Below are positions 1 to 8,855 of a DNA stretch of 55,973 nt, piece by piece. Every line of letters starts with the position of its first letter. Position 1 is the stretch's first letter. The DNA lies in NCBI GenBank assembly GCA_964540655.1, contig CAZINR010000002.1, forward strand, positions 1,736 through 57,708, read 5' to 3'. The position numbers and the translations under genes are program-made. Source of the DNA: an uncultured archaeon. Lineage in GTDB: Archaea > Altiarchaeota > Altiarchaeia > JAFGQM01. The notes below the pieces were generated by a model, which saw only the letters and a program-made list of their open reading frames with translations, was not told the DNA's origin and made no database searches.

Positions 1-290
1 GCCAGCATCATGCCCTCTTTCGGCTCCACGTCCTTGGGGAAAGCCTCTCGCGGCACCTTCTTCTTGAGTTTTTCGTCCGGCTGGCCGTAGGCCTGCTCCG
101 GCTCTATACTGACCTTCTTGCTCTCCCCCTTCTCCATGCCGATCACGGCCTTGTCGAATCCGGGTATCACCTGCCCGGCACCGGCCTCGAACTGCAGGGG
201 CTTTCCGCCCTTCGAGCTGTCGAAAACCGTCCCGTCGTCCAGGGTGCCCGTGTACTCCACCTTCACCTTGTCTCCCCTTTTCACAGTCAT
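1..290 (-). CDS. FKBP-type peptidyl-prolyl isomerase (SlyD-like), N-terminal part; the gene runs off the window start
   Basis: Own minus-strand translation from ATG (cat at 288-290): MTVKRGDKVKVEYTGTLDDGTVFDSSKGGKPLQFEAGAGQVIPGFDKAVIGMEKGE..., an FKBP signature. Absent from the ORF track because there is no stop in the window. G+C-rich like the backbone. Confidence 0.75.
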   Translation of the reverse strand, partial: MTVKRGDKVKVEYTGTLDDGTVFDSSKGGKPLQFEAGAGQVIPGFDKAVIGMEKGESKKVSIEPEQAYGQPDEKLKKKVPREAFPKDVEPKEGMML

Positions 291-804
291 CTTTTAACGG
301 ACCCTAATTCAAATTAGTAGTATAAAAGTGCCGGGGTTTTTCCAAGCCCAGAAGCTAAATGTGACATGCCTGGAAAAACTCATTAGTGTCCCGCGCCCCC
401 ATAAATTGCATGGGAGAGGCGGTTCCGCCCCTCTCCGGGCATATGAATCGAGCTGGAGCATGACCGACAACTATGAACTGCTTACAGTCTGCGCTTTACA
501 GCTCTGTTTAGATATACCGTCATCGGGATTGTCAATACCATATTCTTCACCTCTTTAATTCTTTATGGGCACATCCGAGAGGCTATATTGCTGAATCTGC
601 GTTATAGGGTCGAAAGCGATGTAAAACGGGTGCTCAGAACTCTGTGAAGTAGTGAATACCTGATACTCGTACTTTGATTGATTCCCTCGTCTGTGCTCGT
701 TATATTAGAAGGTTGTCGCATATAAAGCCGTTTGCGGGTTATAGCCGGCTTCTCTGGCCGGGATAAAAATAAAAAAAGAAGAAAAAAGGCGCGCTTGCAA
801 AAGC

Positions 805-993
805 TTATGCCTTTGCCACGTTCTCTGCCTTTTTGCCTTTCTCGCCCTCAGCAGGGTCAAAAGTGACGGCGTCGCCGTCATACAGGTTTCCGCTTTTCAC
901 AGCGTCGGTATGAACAAAGTAATCGTTACCATCGTCTCCTTCGATGAAACCGTATCCCTTTCGCTCATTGAACCACTTTACTTTTCCGTCCAT
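805..993 (-). CDS. cold-shock domain protein (CspA family)
   Basis: 62 aa with KWFNERKGYGFI and DYFVH, the RNP1/RNP2-like motifs of CSD proteins. Confidence 0.85.
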   Translation of the reverse strand: MDGKVKWFNERKGYGFIEGDDGNDYFVHTDAVKSGNLYDGDAVTFDPAEGEKGKKAENVAKA

Positions 994-1064
994 TTTATTT
1001 ACCTTCGGGCGATATACGCCCGCATGCTTTTGCGGTCCGCAGCTTAAAAAGGCGTTTTTAGGGT

Positions 1065-1247
1065 ATGCGAGCCATTTACCTTGACTGTGCTTCTAAAAGT
1101 ACCGTGGAAAACAAAGAAAACTACGTGTGCTCCAATTGCCGCAAACAGGTTGAGTTCATCGCAGAAGACAGCGCCCTGTGCCAGACGTGCAAGACAAACT
1201 TGCCGACCGCCAAGTTCAACAGCAGGATAAAGGAGAAAGCAGAGTGA
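1065..1247 (+). CDS. small zinc-ribbon protein, hypothetical
   Basis: 60 aa ORF with CSNC...CQTC cysteine pairs; no family recognised. Confidence 0.35.
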   Translation: MRAIYLDCASKSTVENKENYVCSNCRKQVEFIAEDSALCQTCKTNLPTAKFNSRIKEKAE

Positions 1248-1249
1248 GG

Positions 1250-1525
1250 GTTTTCGGGTCTAGAGTTTACTGACGCACGAGGCGGCGTGACTTCAAGTCC
1301 CGCCTCACCAATCCAGGCGCTTCGGGAATGTTCACGAGCTTCGACTTCGTCGAAGCTGTGCGCAGGTTCTCCTTGAGAACCTCGCGTTGGGTTTTCTGTC
1401 CTGGGTCACGAGGTTCATCTGCGATGAACCTGTGCGCAACTGCCTTGCGGGCAGTTCGCGTTTCCTCAGGTTTACAGTTCTCAGTCCTGTAGATGAAACC
1501 ATTTTGAACACCTGTTAGACTTATG
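1250..1525 (+). repeat. junction repeat JY1 (distal, degenerate)
   Basis: Degenerate core tcccgcctcacca at 1298-1310. Two 54-nt hairpin double-modules at 1333-1386 and 1407-1460. Terminal box accattttgaacacc at 1498-1512. It lacks the GAAGAC-rich left arm. Confidence 0.7.
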
Positions 1526-1596
1526 ATGCTAATAAGAAATGGTTTTTATTGATTTTATGTATAATTAAACACATCTGTATAAATCTACACACTAAA

Positions 1597-1740
1597 ATGA
1601 AAAGAACAACCTTTTCCATACCCAAGGAACAGAAGAAAAAACTCGACCAGTTTCCTGAGATAAACTGGCCGATGGTGATAGCGAATGCAATAAATAAAAG
1701 GTTAAAAGAACTTGAAAGGTTTGGGGAATGGCAAGCATAA
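1597..1740 (+). CDS. ribbon-helix-helix-like antitoxin candidate
   Basis: Internal ATG at 1597 gives MKRTTFSIPKEQKKKLDQ..., an RHH-like N-terminal strand. It overlaps the next ORF in a 3-gene module. Confidence 0.45.
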   Translation: MKRTTFSIPKEQKKKLDQFPEINWPMVIANAINKRLKELERFGEWQA

Positions 1741-2015
1741 TCGTACCTTTAGAGGATGCCGTAAGGGAGCGGATGAATCATTTCGGCTGGGTTAACTGGT
1801 CTTATGTGGCTCAGGAAGCATGCGCCAAGAGAAGGATATTCGAGGAATTTATGAAGGCAAGGGAGATATCAAAGGAAGACTCCCAATATTGTGAAAAGAT
1901 AGACTGGCATCCCGTCGATTGGCTTCCCCTAAAAGAAGAGTTCATTAAGAGGCTAGAAGAGGCTGAAAAGGAAGAGGCCATTCCGATAAAAGACCTGTCA
2001 GATATCTTTGAATAA
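1728..2015 (+). CDS. hypothetical protein, middle gene of a TA-like module
   Basis: 95 aa ORF, translationally coupled to both neighbours; no family recognised. Confidence 0.45.
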   Translation: MASIIVPLEDAVRERMNHFGWVNWSYVAQEACAKRRIFEEFMKAREISKEDSQYCEKIDWHPVDWLPLKEEFIKRLEEAEKEEAIPIKDLSDIFE

Positions 2016-2016
2016 A

Positions 2017-2289
2017 ATGTACTACTCCTCTTCTATTAAGCCCTCCTGCAAGAAGACAATAAAGAAGCTGTGCAAGAAGAATTCTGAATTAAAGAAAGCC
2101 CTTTGGAACAAGATGCAAGAGGTGATTGAAGACCCCTTGCGTTACAAGCCCCTTAAATACGACTATTCCAGCAAAAGAAGAGTCCACATACTGAAGAGCT
2201 TTGTCTTGGTTTTCGAGGTATACGAGGAGGCAAATCATATAGAATTCCTAAAGCTTGAGCATCATGATGATGCTTACAAGAGGAAATAA
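2017..2289 (+). CDS. RelE/ParE-superfamily toxin (HHD-type C-terminus)
   Basis: ATG at 2017. The C-terminus RVHILKSFVLVFEVYEEANHIEFLKLEHHDDAY parallels the toxin at 16238-16519 (FVITFRIDGDYVRFVRVAHHDVVY). Confidence 0.55.
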   Translation: MYYSSSIKPSCKKTIKKLCKKNSELKKALWNKMQEVIEDPLRYKPLKYDYSSKRRVHILKSFVLVFEVYEEANHIEFLKLEHHDDAYKRK

Positions 2290-2510
2290 GTTCTCAGTCT
2301 TGTGTCTATCCGGTCGGCGGGCCAAGAAAACCGAAGACTGAAGACCGCAGACCCTTTTCGCCCAAAGGCGAAAAGTAAAATCCCGCCTCCTGGAATCCAT
2401 GCTCTTCGAGCATGTTTTGGGTTGTCTGTTTTCGGTTTTCCAAGGGTTTACAGTTCACGGTTCTCAGTGAAATGGTCATCTTGGGAACACCGATTAATCT
2501 AATGAGCCTA
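2290..2510 (+). repeat. junction repeat JY2
   Basis: Left terminus ccggtcggcgg, then a GAAGAC arm. Hairpin cttttcgcc/ggcgaaaag at 2354-2375. Core tcccgcctcctgga at 2381-2394 (1 mismatch). Loop-TTC hairpin at 2398-2414. Right arm and terminal box ggtcatcttgggaacacc. Confidence 0.8.
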
Positions 2511-2611
2511 AGCTTAAAAACTCCCTGCCGAGATAATTGACAAATTAATTCTGTAGGATAATTGTACTCCCTGAACTTTTGTTTTTTTCCTTATTGCTGA
2601 AAATAAGCGAG

Positions 2612-2941
2612 ATGAGTAAGAAAAAGGAAAAGGAAGCCACATTAGGAGAACTCTTGGATAGCTTAAACACCGAAGAAGAAATCGATTTAGATAGTACTGA
2701 TTATTTACTTGATTCGTTGGTCAAACATGAATGGGGCTCTAGAACCAAGAAACCAGTAGCCAAGGAAGAATTTGAAAGGTTAAGCGCAACTCTGAAAGAT
2801 TTGATATCGGAACACAGATGGGATGATGCCGAAGAGACCATCGGAAAGATTTATTACTACGAAAAAACTGAGAAAGGGGGAGAGTTCGCCAGACGTGAGC
2901 GGGCGGTTCGGTGGTTACACTCAGCAGTGAATGTAATGTGA
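2612..2941 (+). CDS. hypothetical acidic protein
   Basis: ATG at 2612 (MSKKKEKEATLGELL...). An ORF only, with no recognised domain. Confidence 0.4.
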   Translation: MSKKKEKEATLGELLDSLNTEEEIDLDSTDYLLDSLVKHEWGSRTKKPVAKEEFERLSATLKDLISEHRWDDAEETIGKIYYYEKTEKGGEFARRERAVRWLHSAVNVM

Positions 2942-3091
2942 TGTATTGAGTGAGCATTAGACATCCCTATGTAAACCGATATTGGTCGTCACTATTTCTC
3001 GCAGGGAATAAACTTATGTCTTGCGGATAACTTATTGCGGAGACAACTATTAATCCCTTAACAGCGATAATAATGGGAGTTCACACATCAA

Positions 3092-3967
3092 GTGTCAATT
3101 CCCGAAATGTCTACTGCTTTTAGGAAACTACTGGAGGAAAGGACGCCAGCCGTTCTTGCAGGCGCGCATTCTGGCATCAGCGCAAAGATAGTCGAAGAGT
3201 GCAGCTTTGACGGCATATGGGCCAGCAGTTTTGAGATTTCTTCGCTTTTCGGCGTCCCTGATGCAAACCTGCTTTCGTTTAAAGAAATCTATGATATAGT
3301 CAGCAGTATCAGATCAGCTACTGCCTTGCCAATAATCGTTGACTGTGACAACGGGTACGGTGGTCCGATGAACGTCATCCGCACAGTAAAGGATTATGAG
3401 GCATTGGGCATCGAAGGGGTCTGCATAGAGGATAACCTGTTCCCAAAAAGGTGCAGTTTCTATGAATCGAATAACAGGGGTCTTGAGGATGCAAGGGTAT
3501 TCGCAAAGAAGATAGTTGCTGCAAAAGAGGCCCAGTGCGACCCAAACTTTTTCGTCATCGCTAGGACTGAGGCGCTTATAGCTGGGCTGAGTATGGAAGA
3601 AGCCCTAAGAAGAGCAAGAATGTATGACGACGCAGGAGCCGATGCGATACTTGTGCACTCAAAGAAAACTACAGCTGATGAGGTGAGGGAGTTTGCAGGG
3701 CTCTGGGACTCAAAAACCCCGCTGGTAGTTGTACCCACCAAGTTCCTCTCAGTGTCGTGCAAGGAGCTAGGAGATATGGGATTCAGGATAGTAATCTTTG
3801 CCAACCACGGTCTTCGGGCATCTATAAACGGCATGAGAAAAAGCCTAGCGAAACTAAGGGAAACTGGCATGCAAGAGAGCATATCCGACGGCATCTGCCC
3901 CTTGGAGGATGTTTTTAAGCTCGTAGGCCTTGCGGACTTTTTACAGAAGGAAGAGCGCTACTCATAG
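3092..3967 (+). CDS. isocitrate lyase / PEP mutase superfamily enzyme (PEP-mutase-like, atypical active-site loop)
   Basis: Superfamily hallmarks GVPDAN, IVDCDNGYG and CIEDNLFPKRCS. GTG start at 3092, with an alternative ATG at 3107. Confidence 0.8.
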   Translation: MSIPEMSTAFRKLLEERTPAVLAGAHSGISAKIVEECSFDGIWASSFEISSLFGVPDANLLSFKEIYDIVSSIRSATALPIIVDCDNGYGGPMNVIRTVKDYEALGIEGVCIEDNLFPKRCSFYESNNRGLEDARVFAKKIVAAKEAQCDPNFFVIARTEALIAGLSMEEALRRARMYDDAGADAILVHSKKTTADEVREFAGLWDSKTPLVVVPTKFLSVSCKELGDMGFRIVIFANHGLRASINGMRKSLAKLRETGMQESISDGICPLEDVFKLVGLADFLQKEERYS

Positions 3968-3968
3968 C

Positions 3969-5282
3969 ATGGACGTATTGCTTATAAATCCTGAATTTGC
4001 GGTTGCAGAGAAATACTCTAGTAACCATTTTACAGTGTGGCCGCCACTTGGGCTTCTGTCACTGGCAAGTTATCTGCGCAAGGATGGCCACAGCATACGC
4101 ATATTAGATTTGGCTTCCTATGGCGGGGATAGCTATGCAGCAATGGAACGGGCGCTATCAAAAAATCCAGATGTGGTCGGAATAACCTCCACTACCCCTC
4201 AGTTTGAGAATGCCATTGGCATAGCTAAGCTTTCAAAAAAGCTGTCGGAAGGCTCAACCGTGGTCTTTGGTGGCGTACATGCAACCGTAAAATGGCAAGA
4301 GGTTCTATCTGAAGATAGTGTAGACTATGTTGTCGCGGGGGAGGGTGAAATAGCGTTTAGCAATCTGGTTGACGCCCTAAGCACAGGCAAAAAACCGGAT
4401 TCGCCCGGCATATGCTTCAAGAGCGGCAAATGCCTGAAAAAACTGGGTGGGCAGAGCACAGTCAAGAGCCTAGATGATCTCCCGATACCAGCGTATGACT
4501 TGCTTAATATTCAAATATACCTAGACTATGTTAAACAGACTGAGGGGTTTGAGGGCCTTGCGTACATAGCCAGCAGAGGCTGCCCATTTGAATGCATATT
4601 TTGCGCGGTGAACTGCATGATGGGGAAAAAGCTTAGGCAAAAAAGCCCCGAAAGAACCGTCGAGGAGATAGAATGGCTCATCTCCAAACATGGTGCCGAG
4701 GGGATTTGGTTTAAAGACAGTACCTTCACAGCGGACAGGCGATGGGTGTTAGAGTTCTGCAAAGAGGTAAAAGAAAGAGGTTTGGATTTCGTTTGGAAAT
4801 GCAATACACGGGTGGATTGCGTAGATTCAGAGCTCCTAAGAGCCATGAAAGGCGCCGGATTGGACGGCATTTGGTTTGGCATAGAGTCTGGATCGGATCG
4901 CATCCTAAGGGTATTAAAGAAGGGATATACCACCGATCAAATAATGCGGGCAATGTCGCTTTGTGAGGAGAACGAATTGGCTGTGAGTTCCTGGATGATA
5001 ATTGGTAGCCCGACAGAGGATCTGCAGGACGTGAGGGCCTCAGTCAGGCTCGTCAGGAAGCTAAAGCTTAATAACGTCCATTGGCATACGCTAGTGCCAT
5101 TGCCGGGCAGCGAAATCTATGAGCGCATAGGTGCTATGGCGAAGGACTATTCAGATTTGAGATTTAATAAGGCAGTGATGGCGACAGGTGCGCTTACAAA
5201 GGAACAGGTACAGGTTTTATATGATCAGGTGGTCTGCCAAAATGTAAGCGGCGAACTGGATGAGAGAAAAATAGCATTATGA
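3969..5282 (+). CDS. B12-binding radical SAM enzyme (class B, methyltransferase-like)
   Basis: N-terminal cobalamin-binding-type Rossmann region, then SRGCPFECIFC (CxxxCxxC). The ATG at 3969 abuts the upstream stop. Confidence 0.85.
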   Translation: MDVLLINPEFAVAEKYSSNHFTVWPPLGLLSLASYLRKDGHSIRILDLASYGGDSYAAMERALSKNPDVVGITSTTPQFENAIGIAKLSKKLSEGSTVVFGGVHATVKWQEVLSEDSVDYVVAGEGEIAFSNLVDALSTGKKPDSPGICFKSGKCLKKLGGQSTVKSLDDLPIPAYDLLNIQIYLDYVKQTEGFEGLAYIASRGCPFECIFCAVNCMMGKKLRQKSPERTVEEIEWLISKHGAEGIWFKDSTFTADRRWVLEFCKEVKERGLDFVWKCNTRVDCVDSELLRAMKGAGLDGIWFGIESGSDRILRVLKKGYTTDQIMRAMSLCEENELAVSSWMIIGSPTEDLQDVRASVRLVRKLKLNNVHWHTLVPLPGSEIYERIGAMAKDYSDLRFNKAVMATGALTKEQVQVLYDQVVCQNVSGELDERKIAL

Positions 5283-5285
5283 AAA

Positions 5286-6701
5286 ATGGCACGAATAGCG
5301 CTGATAAATTGTCCGCCCAATGACAACCGGGAGTTCATAAGAGATGCGGTTAAATATGATGAGAAGCTCCCACTGGGCCTCTGTTATATAGCCGCGTATC
5401 TCGAGAGGAATGGTCATAACGCCTTCCTTATAGACGCATACGCGGAGGGGATAGACTCGAATGGCATAGCCGACAGGATCAAAAGGCTAAATCCGGACTT
5501 TGCAGGTGCAACCATGTTGCACCCAAATTCGCAGGAAGTTGGTCTTGTGATGTCAAAGATAAAGGAAGTCACACCTAATGTAACGACCGTTGTCGGGGGC
5601 GTACAGCCCACCCTGGAGCCAGAGTCCGTCCTGAAATCAAACCAGGGGATAGATTTGGCGGTGATTGGTGAAGGTGAAATCACGATGAAGGAGATTATGG
5701 ACAATTTTGATGCCAGAAAAGACTGTAGGAAAGTGCAAGGGGTGGCATACCGAAAAGCGGGAGAAGTGCGGCGATCTGCCGCACGGGAGAGAATATCCAA
5801 TCTAGACATATTGCCGTTCCCCGCTTTGGACAAGATACCGCTGGAGAAATACTGGGGTGAAAAGAAGGTTATGTGTATGGTCACTTCCCGAGGATGCCCG
5901 TTCCATTGCATTTTCTGTGCGAGCAGCGTCTTGTGGGGACATAGCATAACATATAGAAGCATAGAAAATGTTATGGCCGAGATAAGGCATTGGAGAGATG
6001 CATACGGATGCGATTTCTTTTATTTCAATGACATGACATTCACGATTGACCGTGGAAGGATCGATGAATTGTGCAGACGACTCACCTCAGAAGGCCTGGA
6101 CATAGAATGGAAATGCCTTACGCGGCTTGACAACCTCGACGAGGCGTTGATAGCAAGAATGGCCGACGCCGGGTGTAGGGAAATGGCCGTCGGCATAGAA
6201 AGCGGCAACCAGGATATGCAAAGGATGATACGAAAGCATCTTGACTTGAAAAGGGTGAAATGCATGATTAGGACATTGAGTTTGAATAATATAAACGTAC
6301 TGGGGCTTGCGATAATAGGCTTTCCCCGGGAGACGCCAGAGCAGATCCTGGATACTTTGAACTATCTCATATCTCTCAAAGAGGAAGGCATGAAGGAATT
6401 TGATTTGTTCCAAGCAACGCCCTATCCCGGGACAGAGCTTTACAGGATGTGCAATGGTGCTAACCCGCAATCCCACATAATAGAGGACGGCAACTGCTGC
6501 AAGGAACCAGTTATGAAGAAACAGATGAGAAGACACTCCTTCATGCCTTGTTCTTCACCAAACGAGTTCTTCAGCAGTGAAGAGCTGAGGGGGATAATCC
6601 ATCTTACCTACGAACGATTTAAGAGTGGCAAACCGTTATCTATAGACGATTTGAATCTTGGTTGTGAAAAATGGAAGAATCTTCATATGTCAGTGAGCTG
6701 A
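5286..6701 (+). CDS. B12-binding radical SAM enzyme (class B), second paralogue
   Basis: Same architecture, with TSRGCPFHCIFC. The N-terminus MARIALINCPP... parallels the upstream paralogue. Confidence 0.85.
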   Translation: MARIALINCPPNDNREFIRDAVKYDEKLPLGLCYIAAYLERNGHNAFLIDAYAEGIDSNGIADRIKRLNPDFAGATMLHPNSQEVGLVMSKIKEVTPNVTTVVGGVQPTLEPESVLKSNQGIDLAVIGEGEITMKEIMDNFDARKDCRKVQGVAYRKAGEVRRSAARERISNLDILPFPALDKIPLEKYWGEKKVMCMVTSRGCPFHCIFCASSVLWGHSITYRSIENVMAEIRHWRDAYGCDFFYFNDMTFTIDRGRIDELCRRLTSEGLDIEWKCLTRLDNLDEALIARMADAGCREMAVGIESGNQDMQRMIRKHLDLKRVKCMIRTLSLNNINVLGLAIIGFPRETPEQILDTLNYLISLKEEGMKEFDLFQATPYPGTELYRMCNGANPQSHIIEDGNCCKEPVMKKQMRRHSFMPCSSPNEFFSSEELRGIIHLTYERFKSGKPLSIDDLNLGCEKWKNLHMSVS

Positions 6702-8218
6702 ATAGCAAGGTGTTAAGCAACCTGCCAAAGAGAGTGTACGTATACGATTGCACGCTCCGAGATGGGGAGCAAACACCAGGAGTGGTATTTACGGAGGAGG
6801 AAAAAGTGCTGATTGCCGAAGCATTGGAAGGTGCTGGCGTTGACTGTATAGAAGCTGGTTTCCCGACCAACTCCAGTGGCGAGGAGCATGCTGTCGCACG
6901 CGTGGCTGCTTTAGGGCTTAAATCCAAGGTTTCTTGCCTGAGCCGCTGTTTGCCTGGCGATATAGAAGCCTCAATCAGATGCGAGCCGGATCTCGTGCAT
7001 TTGTTCATCTCTACATCGGACATACATCTGCAACATCAGATTAAAAAGAGCCGGGAGGAGGTTTACGGCATGGCCGTAGAGTCTGTGAAAAGCGTAGTCG
7101 ACAGAGGGTTCGAATGCCTGTTCTCGGCAATGGACGCAAGCAGAAGCAATTTGGACTACCTTAAAAAGGTGTATGCGGGAGTAGTTAATGCAGGAGCAAC
7201 TACCATAAACGTTCCTGAGACGGTGAATTCCCTTTGCCCCGAAGCAATGAAATACCTGGTGGGCCAATTAAAGGGGATAGGTGCCAGGATAGACGTGCAT
7301 TGTCATAACGATCTGGGGATGGCCTTGGCAAACACGCTGGCTGCGATCGAGGCTGGGGCCGAGGAGGCACAAGTCACTGTCAATGGCCTTGGTGAGAGAG
7401 CTGGCAATACCAGCCTAGAGCAGCTGGCGGTCATACTCGAGCTGGTGTATGGCGTCAAAACGGGCATAAAGCTGGAGAAGCTCACTGAGTTGTCAAACCT
7501 CATGGCAAAGTACAGCGGCATAGAACCATACCCGCTGCAGCCGATAATAGGAAGGAACGCTTTTGCGCACGAAAGCGGGATTCATGTGCAGGGCATACTT
7601 GAAAGGGCCAAGACTTTCGAGGCCTTTGCCCCAGAGCTCGTTGGTCAGAGGAGAAGACTAGTGCTAGGTAAACATGCCGGAAAGCATGGGGTAGACGCAA
7701 CTCTCAAGTCGATGGGATACTCTGGGTACTCTTCAAGTGAATTGGGAGCCATCAGCAGGCGGGTGAAGGAACTAGCAGAAAAGCAAAAAAAGGTATTCGA
7801 TGAGGACATCAGGGCTATTGTAGACTCGGCACTCGGTAAGGGTCAAGATGAAGGGCCAATCAAACTGGAGGAAATTGAGATAATGACGGGCAACAAGGTG
7901 AAGCCAAGGGCCAAAGTCAGCCTTCGGGTCAATGGCAAGCTGATTGAAGCATGCGGGAATGGAGTAGGGCCGGTAGATGCCGCCATAAGCACAATAGAAT
8001 CGGCGATAAAGGGGTTTGCAAACATAAGGCTCGTGAAGTATGAACTTGCCGCAATAACCGGCGGTACGGATTCCCTAAGCGACTGCAAAGTCACGATAAA
8101 AGACACTATGGGGGAGGACTATGTGGGGCACGCTGTGCATGAGGACATTGTGCAGGCTTCTATCAAGGCCATAATAAACGCCATGAACTCTGCAATGAGG
8201 CGTAGGGGGGGACGGTGA
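6671..8218 (+). CDS. 2-isopropylmalate / homocitrate / citramalate synthase family enzyme (DRE-TIM plus LeuA-type C-terminal domain)
   Basis: YDCTLRDGEQTPG, HCHNDLGMALANTLAA and HESGIH motifs; 515 aa including the regulatory domain. Confidence 0.85.
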   Translation: MEESSYVSELNSKVLSNLPKRVYVYDCTLRDGEQTPGVVFTEEEKVLIAEALEGAGVDCIEAGFPTNSSGEEHAVARVAALGLKSKVSCLSRCLPGDIEASIRCEPDLVHLFISTSDIHLQHQIKKSREEVYGMAVESVKSVVDRGFECLFSAMDASRSNLDYLKKVYAGVVNAGATTINVPETVNSLCPEAMKYLVGQLKGIGARIDVHCHNDLGMALANTLAAIEAGAEEAQVTVNGLGERAGNTSLEQLAVILELVYGVKTGIKLEKLTELSNLMAKYSGIEPYPLQPIIGRNAFAHESGIHVQGILERAKTFEAFAPELVGQRRRLVLGKHAGKHGVDATLKSMGYSGYSSSELGAISRRVKELAEKQKKVFDEDIRAIVDSALGKGQDEGPIKLEEIEIMTGNKVKPRAKVSLRVNGKLIEACGNGVGPVDAAISTIESAIKGFANIRLVKYELAAITGGTDSLSDCKVTIKDTMGEDYVGHAVHEDIVQASIKAIINAMNSAMRRRGGR

Positions 8219-8841
8219 AGGAGACAAAAGAAAGCATTGAGCACCTGGAGCGTGTAGCTGATTGTTTGAGAAAAAATGGGTTCGATGCAAAAGTTTTTAT
8301 CGATCCTAATGGCATGGCCGATTATTTTCTGGATAAGATAGGCGCACATGATACTGTGGGTCTGGGCGGTTCGGTAACTATTGCAGAAACTGGCATAATC
8401 GAGCGGCTGGAGCTCAGGGGCAACATTATCTACAACCCATATGTCCAGCGCACAAGAAAGGAAGAGATGGACACAAGACGGAAGTGTCTACTGTCAGACT
8501 GGTTCATAACTGGGTCAAATGCAGTGACCGAGAATGGCCAGTTAGTCAATGTAGATGGCTTAGGCAGTAGGGTTTCAGCGATAGCATTCGGGCCGAAAAA
8601 TGTTCTGATAGTCGTTGGGAAGAACAAGATAGTGCCTGATGTTGAAGGGGGCTTCCAAAGGATAAAGGATCTGTCAGCACCGAAAAATGCGAAAAGGCGC
8701 GGCAATAAAACACCATGCGTAGACGGTAGATGCCCAGGATATGTCCCCGGGGAATGCATATGCAACATCCAGTCAGTTATTAATGGAGATGCTGCAGGCA
8801 GGATACATATCGCGCTAATATATCAAGAAATGGGCTATTAA
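8215..8841 (+). CDS. LUD-domain (LutC/YkgG-like) protein
   Basis: GTG start overlapping the upstream stop. TGSNAVTENGQLVNVDG and a C-terminal Cys cluster resemble the lactate-utilisation LUD family as I remember it. Confidence 0.5.
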   Translation: MKETKESIEHLERVADCLRKNGFDAKVFIDPNGMADYFLDKIGAHDTVGLGGSVTIAETGIIERLELRGNIIYNPYVQRTRKEEMDTRRKCLLSDWFITGSNAVTENGQLVNVDGLGSRVSAIAFGPKNVLIVVGKNKIVPDVEGGFQRIKDLSAPKNAKRRGNKTPCVDGRCPGYVPGECICNIQSVINGDAAGRIHIALIYQEMGY

Positions 8842-8855
8842 CGGAGCGGTTAAAG

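Noticed and set aside
411-445. The hairpin gggagaggcggttccgcccctctccggg as a possible outermost, decayed tRNA-Tyr core copy marking the true left end of the island.
   Set aside because: Similarity to tcccgcctcccgga is poor and needs indels, and no arms or modules accompany it. I kept only as a remark that the compositional break lies near 300.
328-558. 76-aa ORF in the intergenic region after the FKBP gene.
   Set aside because: No motif or coupling, an odd composition, and a location in an AT-richer spacer. It is likely non-coding.
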